From contig JAFURQ010000013.1 in assembly GCA_017471825.1 (NCBI GenBank), positions 13,096 through 77,095 on the forward strand: a stretch of DNA of 64,000 nucleotides, written 5' to 3'. The DNA comes from Clostridia bacterium (GTDB lineage: Bacteria > Bacillota > Clostridia > Oscillospirales > CAG-272). A model generated the notes under the pieces. It did not search any database and was not told the origin of the DNA. It saw only the letters and a list, made by a program, of their open reading frames with translations. The translations under genes were made by a program, and so were the position numbers. This document shows, piece by piece, positions 1 to 7,932 of the stretch; the stretch's first letter is position 1; each line of letters starts with the position of its first letter.

Positions 1-339
1 CGAAAAGATCACCGTACCGATCAACAGTCCTACGTAAGCAATATCAGGGAAAAACATAGGAAATAGCGCGTATATCAGCAATCCGAGAGAGGTTATCAGG
101 GGCATAATTTTCACAACCCATTGGATGTTGAATTTTTTCGAAAATACGGTAAAAATCAAATCCACAGCAAGCTGTGTGCAAAAATTCGTCAGCACCAGCG
201 TGCCGAGCAGAGTCCATGAAATGCCGTACATTTCACGAAACGTAACGAACAGAAGCGGCGGCAAGCAGAATACCGACGACATAGTAAAGTATGCGGAATA
301 ACACGCAAATTTCGTTCTTTTGAATTTAGAATCTGTCAT
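1..339 (-). CDS. Polytopic membrane transporter (MFS-like), 5' part only; gene runs off the window start
   Basis: Reverse-strand ATG at 337-339. My translation MTDSKFKRTKFACYSAYFTMSSVFCLPPLLFVTFREMYGISWTLLGTLVLTNF... is a series of hydrophobic helices. Not in the ORF track because no stop lies in the window. Confidence 0.4.
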   Translation of the reverse strand, partial: MTDSKFKRTKFACYSAYFTMSSVFCLPPLLFVTFREMYGISWTLLGTLVLTNFCTQLAVDLIFTVFSKKFNIQWVVKIMPLITSLGLLIYALFPMFFPDIAYVGLLIGTVIFS

Positions 340-500
340 AACGAATCCTTCCGATGAAAATACGCTACAATTTATAAGGTGATTCGCTTATCCATTATAA
401 TCCATTCGCGTTGACTTGTCAATATGATTTACCGCGAAAACAACAAAATGCTTGAAAAGCTCACCCGTCGGTATCAGTGTCACTTCGGGGGCAAAAATTG

Positions 501-526
501 AGGGCTGACCTCACAAGTCAGCCCTT
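501..526 (-). terminator. Intrinsic terminator hairpin after the 547-951 gene
   Basis: AGGGCTGAC-N8-GTCAGCCCT stem, followed on the minus strand by a T-run (CAATTTTT). Confidence 0.6.
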
Positions 527-546
527 TGCGCAAAGACGATACCGCA

Positions 547-951
547 TCATTTCATCAGCTCGTCGGTGAGCTTGATGATTTCCGGTGCAATCTTATCTCT
601 CTCTCGCTTCAGAATTATATTGTACATCGGATACGCCAAGCAAACCAACGCGACGCCTATAACTCCGACAATAATACCGATAGGCATTGCCATATCTCTC
701 TTAGAGCCGAGTATTGCGCCAAGCTCCGACATTATAAGACTCATTCCGAAGCCGAGCACCAATGCGCCTATAACACCAAAAACGAGTGAAATAATCTGAG
801 CCTTCCCGGTGGCACTGTTATCGAGGCGACGAAGCCGTTCCATTTTATTCTCCTCGCGAGGGGTATATTTTTCGCGGATCTTCTTTATTTCGGCCTGCTC
901 TGTTGCGGAATAAGTATATCTAAAGCCTTCATTTTCATTTTTATTTTCCAT
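547..951 (-). CDS. Small two-TM membrane protein, paralog of 4203-4574
   Basis: ORF track. ATG at 951 has GGAG 8 nt upstream. N-terminus MENKNENEGFRYTYSATEQAEIKKIREKYTPRE aligns with MENTTFTYQYSAAQNTEVEKIRSKYLPRE of the paralog, followed by two hydrophobic helices. Confidence 0.6.
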   Translation of the reverse strand: MENKNENEGFRYTYSATEQAEIKKIREKYTPREENKMERLRRLDNSATGKAQIISLVFGVIGALVLGFGMSLIMSELGAILGSKRDMAMPIGIIVGVIGVALVCLAYPMYNIILKRERDKIAPEIIKLTDELMK

Positions 952-1864
952 TGATTTTCTCCGTAAATTCAACTTGAATGTAATCTTTAGTTGTCATTTT
1001 TCTGCTTTTTAAGCTTTTATTGCTATGCACTATCATATAGATTGCCATAATTATAATGAATGCGGATATGATAGCTCCCGTTACCGACAGCATTATTCGA
1101 CGGAACTCTATATCCGCCCCCGTTCCGAAGGTTGTAAGCATTGTGGATTCGAGCGTCAGCATCGACACACACGCGGCGGCGAGGCTGATTTCCTTTGATG
1201 CTGAATACACGGGGCTTTTGTATTTGCTATACTTAACGATATTAACGATAGAGATAGTAAATGCGGTAAACGTATACGCCGCCATTGCAATCGTTGTGAT
1301 TTCGTGGTGAACGAAGGTTTTGTCCCAATATACCATAAAGAAAATCATCATGGCTATTGCCAGGTTCATAACAAGGAATATCCAGCCGCAGGTGCGGTAT
1401 CTGACAAGCTCGGTATCCATTTTTTCTCCGGGTCTGTGAGTGCTCGTGTGCCGAACAAGGAAAAAGCGCATAATGGCGAGAGAAATATAGTATCCCGCCA
1501 AGGAATAAAACCAGAATGACGAGTGGTAAAAGCCGAGTCCCAGCTGGAAAATCGCATACGCCACGTTAAAGGCGAGCGAGCTATATAGCGACACGTTTAC
1601 TCGCAGGCGCTCGTCGCTAAACCAACGCTTCACGTATTCATTCTCGGTCTTTAGCCTTTTAAAGAACTGTATCAAATAAGGTATTTTGATACACCAGACG
1701 GTCAGTGTATACGCCGCCAGAGCGTATGATATACAGGCAATTACCGAATCCGTGCCGACAAACAGCATTGAGCAGACGACCAATGCCGCGGACAAGGGAA
1801 TGAGCACCAGCATAATGGCGATATGAGGAAACAGCAGTGCCTTACCGAGCTTCTTCCAATCCAT
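941..1864 (-). CDS. Polytopic integral membrane protein, last-but-one gene of the two-component operon
   Basis: ORF track. Start taken at MDWKKLGK (GGAGGG 6 nt upstream). Multiple hydrophobic helices. Overlaps the kinase stop and the next gene's start. Confidence 0.55.
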   Translation of the reverse strand: MDWKKLGKALLFPHIAIMLVLIPLSAALVVCSMLFVGTDSVIACISYALAAYTLTVWCIKIPYLIQFFKRLKTENEYVKRWFSDERLRVNVSLYSSLAFNVAYAIFQLGLGFYHSSFWFYSLAGYYISLAIMRFFLVRHTSTHRPGEKMDTELVRYRTCGWIFLVMNLAIAMMIFFMVYWDKTFVHHEITTIAMAAYTFTAFTISIVNIVKYSKYKSPVYSASKEISLAAACVSMLTLESTMLTTFGTGADIEFRRIMLSVTGAIISAFIIIMAIYMIVHSNKSLKSRKMTTKDYIQVEFTEKINGK

Positions 1865-2939
1865 TTTCAGCCCTCCTGATTTTGACTGTAAAGGTGGTTC
1901 CCTCTCCAAGCACGCTTTCCACGCCGATCTCGCCCTGCATAATATCTACAACGCGCTTAACAAGCGCCAGACCAAGACCGTTTCCCTGCGTGGCGTGCGA
2001 GGTATCGCCCTGATAGAACTTTTCAAAGATGTGCGCGCCAACCTCGGCAGACATTCCGCAGCCCGTGTCCTTTACCCTTACGACTGCAAAACGTTCGGTT
2101 GCCTTCAGCGATACCGTGACGGTGCCACCGCTTTCGGTAAATTTGAAGGCGTTGGAAAACAAATTATTCCATACGAGCGATAGAAGCTCCGAATCGGCAC
2201 AGACGAAAACGTCCTCGTCGATGTCCGTGTCAATTTCTATTCCGCGAGCTTCCCACACGTTTTCATATCCCAGGAGGCTCTCGCAGATCTGTTCCCCGAG
2301 ATTGTAGGTTTCGGCCTTGGGATATATTTGCTGATTCTCCAAGCGATTCAGCTTGAGAATATTAGTCATCATATCTGCAAGGCGGCGCGAGGAATCGGCT
2401 ACAGCCCTTGCATATTCGATGCGCTTGTCATCGGGCAAATCGGGAGCCCCGAGAAGCGTGCCGTAGTTTTGTATGACGGCAAGCGGTGTTTTCATCTCGT
2501 GCGAAACGTTGGCAATAAAATCGGTTCTCAGGGTTTCAACACCCGACAGCTCCTCTGCCATCTTGTTAATGCCGTCGATTATGTCGTTGAATCTATCGTC
2601 AGCCACAAGCTTGGATACGTGGGCAACTCTAACGCTGAAATCGCCCTGCATCATTTTCTCCAACGCCTCGGATATATGCTTTACGGGGCGGTCTACGGTC
2701 AGCTTTCGCCTTGTGGCATCAATTACGGTAAAAAGCAGGCTTATCAATATAACGTTCCAGAAGGTAATTTTAGCGGCGGCATTTAAATTTTCGCTCGTCA
2801 GCGCTATGCCCATATTGTTTGACAGTGTGGTTACAAAAAGCGTCATACAGCAGGTGACGACGAAGGCGACGAGCAAAAAGAACGTAAAATAATGTCCGAT
2901 CGCTCGAAATATTCCTTTCATTTGCAGCTTACCGTTCAT
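1842..2939 (-). CDS. Sensor histidine kinase (HisKA + HATPase_c)
   Basis: H-box FIANVSHEMKTPLAV. N/G boxes NLFSNAFKFT, VKDTGCGM, GNGLGLALVKRVV. Two N-terminal TM helices. ATGA overlap with the regulator stop. Confidence 0.9.
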   Translation of the reverse strand: MNGKLQMKGIFRAIGHYFTFFLLVAFVVTCCMTLFVTTLSNNMGIALTSENLNAAAKITFWNVILISLLFTVIDATRRKLTVDRPVKHISEALEKMMQGDFSVRVAHVSKLVADDRFNDIIDGINKMAEELSGVETLRTDFIANVSHEMKTPLAVIQNYGTLLGAPDLPDDKRIEYARAVADSSRRLADMMTNILKLNRLENQQIYPKAETYNLGEQICESLLGYENVWEARGIEIDTDIDEDVFVCADSELLSLVWNNLFSNAFKFTESGGTVTVSLKATERFAVVRVKDTGCGMSAEVGAHIFEKFYQGDTSHATQGNGLGLALVKRVVDIMQGEIGVESVLGEGTTFTVKIRRAENGLEEAR

Positions 2940-3607
2940 TTTATCACCGCCTTATAGCCGAGTCCGTGAACGGTGACAATTTCAAATGAATCGCAATCTG
3001 CAAGCTTAGAACGAAGCTTAGTCATATAAACGTCAACCGTACGGGTGCTTGTCTGAGTGTCAACGTCCCAAAATTCATCCATCAGCTGAGTTCTTGTGAA
3101 GGTCTTTTTAGGATAAGAGAGGAGCTTATAGAGCAAATCAAATTCTCTCGTTGTAAGTGGGATTTCGGTATCGTTCAAAAACGCGGAGCGCTCATCGGCA
3201 TCCATCACAAAGCTTCCAACCTCGAGTCTGCGGCTGGATGCGATTTTCGAGCGGCGCAGAAGCGCACCGATGCGTAAAAACAGCTCATCCAAATCAATAG
3301 GCTTGACCATATAATCGTCAATTCCTATGCGAAAGCCTCTTTGCTTGGAGGCGAAATCATCACGCGCCGTCATAAACAGAATCGGGATATCACTGTTAAA
3401 GGTACGTACGGTTTTTGCAAACTCGAAGCCGTCAATCCCCGGCATCATAATGTCCGAGATTATCAGGTCAAAGGTGTTTTTATACATTTCATCATAGGCC
3501 TCCTCTGCACCGAGACAGCCTATTGCTTCATATCCGCTGTGATTCAAAAAAGAACACACGGAGCGATTCAAATCTCTATCGTCCTCTACAACCAGAATTT
3601 TGAACAT
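2936..3607 (-). CDS. OmpR-family response regulator
   Basis: Receiver domain MFKILVVEDD...LIISDIMMPGIDG...MVKP. C-terminal winged helix (REFDLLYKLLSYPKKTFTRTQL...GLGYK). GGAGGA 8 nt upstream of the ATG at 3607. Confidence 0.9.
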   Translation of the reverse strand: MFKILVVEDDRDLNRSVCSFLNHSGYEAIGCLGAEEAYDEMYKNTFDLIISDIMMPGIDGFEFAKTVRTFNSDIPILFMTARDDFASKQRGFRIGIDDYMVKPIDLDELFLRIGALLRRSKIASSRRLEVGSFVMDADERSAFLNDTEIPLTTREFDLLYKLLSYPKKTFTRTQLMDEFWDVDTQTSTRTVDVYMTKLRSKLADCDSFEIVTVHGLGYKAVIK

Positions 3608-3715
3608 ATTTTCATCCTCCAAGTCTTTCTTCTTTATATTGTAGCACACAAATGTTAAAATTTTGTTTGTATTTCAAAGGTTTTCCGAAAAAATCATAAG
3701 TGGCGCAAATTTATA

Positions 3716-3745
3716 AAAAGAGACGGTGTTCACCGTCTCTTTTTA
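3716..3745. terminator. Bidirectional intrinsic terminator
   Basis: AAAA-GAGACGG-TGTTCA-CCGTCTC-TTTTT directly after the stop of 3748-4068. Confidence 0.7.
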
Positions 3746-3747
3746 TG

Positions 3748-4068
3748 TTATTGGTTATCCTGCTTTTTTTCCTTCCTTGCCGCCTCGTAACGAGCGTTTG
3801 CCTCCTCGGTTTTTGCATTCGCCTCGGCAATTCTTGCCTCGCGCTCCTCCTGCATTTTTGCGGCTCTTTCAGCAGGGCTCATATGTGCATCGTCCCAGCT
3901 TTTCTTTGCATCGGCCTTTGCTCTTGCGTAAGTATTGCGGCCTCTGTTTTCCTCAAAATTTGCTCTTGACTCAGCCTTTACGCGCTCAAGCTCTGCCTTA
4001 TCAACCTCGTGCTGTGCTCTTGCGCTGTCTCTCATATCTCTGAATGCTTTCTTAAAAAATTCTCCCAC
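3748..4068 (-). CDS. Highly charged, probably coiled-coil small protein, function unknown
   Basis: ORF track frame. I place the start at GTG 4068 (AAAGGAG 9 nt upstream). The sequence is rich in E/K/R/A (AELERVKAESRANFEE...EEREARIAEANAKTEEANARYEAARKEKK). Confidence 0.5.
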   Translation of the reverse strand: MGEFFKKAFRDMRDSARAQHEVDKAELERVKAESRANFEENRGRNTYARAKADAKKSWDDAHMSPAERAAKMQEEREARIAEANAKTEEANARYEAARKEKKQDNQ

Positions 4069-4169
4069 GGTATTTATCTCCTTTTTATATGTTTTTATTT
4101 GTAAAATCAAATTACGCTTTGATTTCTTACGAATATATTATATGGCTTTGATGTTTTTGATTTTTTTAT

Positions 4170-4190
4170 AAAATGTTTGTGTTTTGTTAA
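4170..4190 (-). promoter_or_regulatory. 21-nt box AAAATGTTTGTGTTTTGTTAA, copy 1 (candidate regulator site)
   Basis: Identical 21-mer also at 6323-6343. Lies 102-122 nt upstream of the minus-strand start at 4068. Confidence 0.4.
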
Positions 4191-4202
4191 TCTTGAGTTT
4201 TT

Positions 4203-4574
4203 TTAAGAATTAATAATTTCCTCGGAAAGACGTAAAATTTCGGGTGCAAGCTCTTCCCTCGTTTTCTTGGAAATGTGTTTATACAAGGGATACGCAGGTG
4301 CCATAATTGCCGCACCAAGAGCGCAGAATAAAACGGTGAGCCAATCGGCACCCCCGAAAACGTCAAGTCCGAAGCACATACCGATTCCGAATACGAGGAT
4401 ACCAATAATGCCGATTGTAAGGCTCTGAAGCTGTCCTGCAATCCGTGCCTTAAAGTCGAGCCTTCTTAACGTTTCCATCTTGCTTATTTCACGGGGAAGA
4501 TACTTGCTTCTGATTTTTTCGACCTCGGTATTTTGAGCTGCCGAATACTGATAGGTAAAGGTGGTGTTTTCCAT
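4203..4574 (-). CDS. Small two-TM membrane protein, paralog of 547-951
   Basis: ORF track. AAAGGA RBS. Shared N-terminal motif and two TM helices with 547-951. Confidence 0.6.
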   Translation of the reverse strand: MENTTFTYQYSAAQNTEVEKIRSKYLPREISKMETLRRLDFKARIAGQLQSLTIGIIGILVFGIGMCFGLDVFGGADWLTVLFCALGAAIMAPAYPLYKHISKKTREELAPEILRLSEEIINS

Positions 4575-4687
4575 AATAATTTTTCCTTTTCTTGTTTTGA
4601 TGAGTCTATTTTAAACCCTTAATATTCCTGTTTTGTTTTCGAAATGTTTATGAAATGTTATAAATAATTTTTTCAAGATTTTTTCAA

Positions 4688-6253
4688 TCAAAGCATCGGG
4701 GCAAATATTCTGACCACGGCGCGAACAAACCGCACGAGCAAATTTGTTTTCAGCATATCGGGCGTGATTTCAATAGATTTACCCAGCGTGTCGTCAACGT
4801 CCGCCTTGAGATCGGCTATTGAATCGCAGTTGTACATCCAAACTCCGTTTTCAAAATGGTGGACAAGACTGCGGTAATCAAGATTTATAGTTCCGATCAT
4901 AGCATATTGGTCATCTGCGACGTAGCTCTTGGCGTGAATGAAGCCGGGCTCATATTCGTAAATCCGAACGCCCGCATCCATCAATCGCTTATAAAAGCTT
5001 CGCGTGATGCCAAACACCATCTTTTTGTCGGGAATGTGAGGCACTACGATACGCACGTCCACTCCGCGAAGAGCGGCGCTCTCTATGCTTTGGCAGAGGT
5101 CGTTGTCAATAATTAAATATGGCGTTGTCATATAAACGTAGCGGGTTGCGGCGTTCAGCATATTTTGAATTACGCTCTTACCGACCCTTCGGTTAAAGAG
5201 CGGCTTCGGGCCGTCGCCGAACGGAATCACGTAGCCGTTAGCCCTTACATTCTTCTGCTGAGGATAAAGTACGGCGTCCTGCTTCGGCAATGATTTTACG
5301 TTTATACCGTAGTCGAGCATAAAGAGTCTTGTCAGCTCCCAGACCGCCTCGCCCTCCAGACGAAGCGCCGTGTCCTTCCAATGACCGAAGCGAACGATTT
5401 CGTTGATATATTCGTCTGCGAGATTGACACCGCCTGTGTAACCGATTTTGCCGTCGATGACCGTGATTTTACGGTGACTGCGATTGTTAAATTCACTGTC
5501 TGCATTTCCGCGCAGACGGGAAAACGGCGTGGCATCAATGCCAAACGAGCGAAGTGTTTTTGAATAATCTCCGGGGAGAGTGCTCATACATCCGATATCA
5601 TCGTATACCACGCGTACCGTTACGCCCTCTGCCGCCTTACTCTTGAGTATTTCCAGAATAGAGCCCCAGAACTTTCCTTCCTCTATTATGAAATATTCCA
5701 TAAATATAAATTTTTCGGCGGCTTCGAGATCGGGGAGCATTTGTGCGAGCATATCCTCACCAAGCGGAAAATATGTCTGCTTTGTATTCGTGAACAGATG
5801 CGAGTCGGATATCTCCGTCAGCATTTTCGCCTGCGATGCCGCTACGGGATTTTCCGCTTTAAGATTATTGCTCGGCTCGACACTATCCCTGCTGTAGTTA
5901 TATCTTTTAAGCTCGTCCAAGCGCCGAATGAACTTCTTTTGCAGCTTTCGTGAGTAAAATATGAAATAAAGCATGAAGCCGGCGACAGGCAAAATCAGCA
6001 CGAACAAAAGCCACGGCACCTTGTAATCGGGATTGTCGTCCGAGGATATGATTCTTATCACGCAGAAAATCTCGGTAATCCATGCCGCGATATAAAAATA
6101 AGGTACGAAATAGCAGAGGGCGGCAACTATGCCGATTATTGCAAGAACCTCAAGCACGGTAATGAGCACCGCTATAATATAACGGACGGGAATATAGTTG
6201 TATTCTCTTTCTACGGTTTTATTACCTGCCTTATATTGATACTTCCTTTTCAT
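4688..6253 (-). CDS. cls: Cardiolipin synthase (phospholipase D superfamily)
   Basis: Two HKD motifs (HRKITVIDGKIGYTGGVNL and HAKSYVADDQYAMIGTINLD). Two N-terminal TM helices. About 520 aa, typical for Cls. Confidence 0.9.
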   Translation of the reverse strand: MKRKYQYKAGNKTVEREYNYIPVRYIIAVLITVLEVLAIIGIVAALCYFVPYFYIAAWITEIFCVIRIISSDDNPDYKVPWLLFVLILPVAGFMLYFIFYSRKLQKKFIRRLDELKRYNYSRDSVEPSNNLKAENPVAASQAKMLTEISDSHLFTNTKQTYFPLGEDMLAQMLPDLEAAEKFIFMEYFIIEEGKFWGSILEILKSKAAEGVTVRVVYDDIGCMSTLPGDYSKTLRSFGIDATPFSRLRGNADSEFNNRSHRKITVIDGKIGYTGGVNLADEYINEIVRFGHWKDTALRLEGEAVWELTRLFMLDYGINVKSLPKQDAVLYPQQKNVRANGYVIPFGDGPKPLFNRRVGKSVIQNMLNAATRYVYMTTPYLIIDNDLCQSIESAALRGVDVRIVVPHIPDKKMVFGITRSFYKRLMDAGVRIYEYEPGFIHAKSYVADDQYAMIGTINLDYRSLVHHFENGVWMYNCDSIADLKADVDDTLGKSIEITPDMLKTNLLVRFVRAVVRIFAPML

Positions 6254-6322
6254 AACTGTCCTTCGATAAAAATCCGATTTTGCATTCCTATTATATTACT
6301 CCTTTGTTTTTGAAAGATTTGC

Positions 6323-6343
6323 AAAATGTTTGTGTTTTGTTAA
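6323..6343 (-). promoter_or_regulatory. 21-nt box AAAATGTTTGTGTTTTGTTAA, copy 2 (upstream of cls)
   Basis: Exact repeat of 4170-4190, 70-90 nt upstream of the cls start at 6253. Confidence 0.4.
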
Positions 6344-6613
6344 AGTTAATCTTTTATTTTTTGCTCGAAATTTTCCGATATTTTCTGATTTTAATCGGCG
6401 TTTTTGTGACACGGGGTGGCACCTTCTGACAAAACGGTGAAAAATCCCGCTCTTGCTTGCCTTTCGGATTCAGAGGACTGCACTTAAAAATATAATAAAT
6501 ATATTGCGAAAATATTGAATTTTGTGAAAATGTGTGATAAAATAGTAGTGTATTGCGTTCGGACGCATAAGAAACGCCCGTATGCACAAAATATTAGGTT
6601 AAGGTAAATAAAA

Positions 6614-7912
6614 ATGGTAACGTCAATTGTAATTTGTGCCGTAACCTGTCTTACTATGATACTCAGCGTTCTTTTCTTCCCGACTATCCGTATCGGAAAG
6701 GTTAAGTTAGACAGTTATTGGTGCATCGTGCTTGCCGGTGCGCTATTGCTCATAGTAACCGGGCAGGCGGACATCTCCGTCATCGGTCAGGAGCTTATAT
6801 CCGATTCGGCGATAAATCCGATAAAGATACTCGTGCTCTTCATATCGATGACCATACTCTCAATATTCCTTGATGAGCTCGGATTTTTCCGTCATCTTGC
6901 GAATATCACTCTGAAAAAGGCGAAGACGAGCCAATTCAAGCTTTTCCTCTATCTTTACATCACGGTTTCGGTGCTTACCGTATTCACGTCAAACGACGTA
7001 ATAATACTTTCATTTACTCCCTTTATTTGCTACTTTGCAAAGAACGCAAAGATAAACCCCATTCCCTATCTTGCGGCGGAATTTGTTGCGGCAAATACCT
7101 GGAGCATGATGCTTATAATCGGTAACCCCACCAACATATATTTGGCTACCGCGTATGACATCAACTTCATTGAGTATATGACGGTTATGATTCTCCCGAC
7201 TCTTGCGGCAGGTACCGTTGCGTTTTTGGCGCTTTTCCTTCTTTTCAGGAAGAAGCTCGCAGAGCCGATGACAGGAGAGCCCGAGGAAACCGAAATCGCC
7301 GATAAGCTCTATCTTTGGGTCGGTCTTGCGCATCTCATCGTTTGTACGGTAACGCTGGCTATCGGTTCATATATCGGACTCGAAATGTGGCTTGTATCTC
7401 TTTTGAGCGCGGTCAGCCTGTTCGTTTTCGTGCTTGTGATAGCTCTCGTCCGCAAGAAAGCGCCCGTGGAGCTCGGCGCGTGTCTGAAGCGCGCACCTTG
7501 GGAGCTCACTCCGTTTATACTTGGAATGTTCGTTATGGTTATAGTCCTTGAAAGCAAGGGACTTACGGCGAGCATTGCAACCTTCCTCGGTGACGATTTC
7601 CCTGTATTCAAGTACGGTATAACCTCTTTCCTCGCAGCAAACGTTATAAACAATATACCCATGAGCGTTTTATTCTGCTCGATTATAGAAAACGTGACCA
7701 TAGATGCCACGGCTCCCGTTTTTGCCACTGTTATAGGCTCGAACATCGGTGCATTTCTCACACCCATCGGCGCTCTGGCAGGCATTATGTGGTCGTCGAT
7801 TCTCAAAACGCACGATCTTAAATTCGGTTATCTCGATTTCCTGAAAATCGGTGTTACCGTTGCAATCCCATCTATACTTGCGGCACTCGGCGTGCTTACA
7901 CTTGTAATTTAA
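6614..7912 (+). CDS. ArsB/NhaD-superfamily (anion/citrate-type) permease
   Basis: 432-aa polytopic protein with the GNPTNIYL signature region and the two-lobed hydrophobic layout of ArsB/NhaD/CitMHS permeases. Confidence 0.7.
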   Translation: MVTSIVICAVTCLTMILSVLFFPTIRIGKVKLDSYWCIVLAGALLLIVTGQADISVIGQELISDSAINPIKILVLFISMTILSIFLDELGFFRHLANITLKKAKTSQFKLFLYLYITVSVLTVFTSNDVIILSFTPFICYFAKNAKINPIPYLAAEFVAANTWSMMLIIGNPTNIYLATAYDINFIEYMTVMILPTLAAGTVAFLALFLLFRKKLAEPMTGEPEETEIADKLYLWVGLAHLIVCTVTLAIGSYIGLEMWLVSLLSAVSLFVFVLVIALVRKKAPVELGACLKRAPWELTPFILGMFVMVIVLESKGLTASIATFLGDDFPVFKYGITSFLAANVINNIPMSVLFCSIIENVTIDATAPVFATVIGSNIGAFLTPIGALAGIMWSSILKTHDLKFGYLDFLKIGVTVAIPSILAALGVLTLVI

Positions 7913-7932
7913 TGCATTAGGAGGATACAAAA

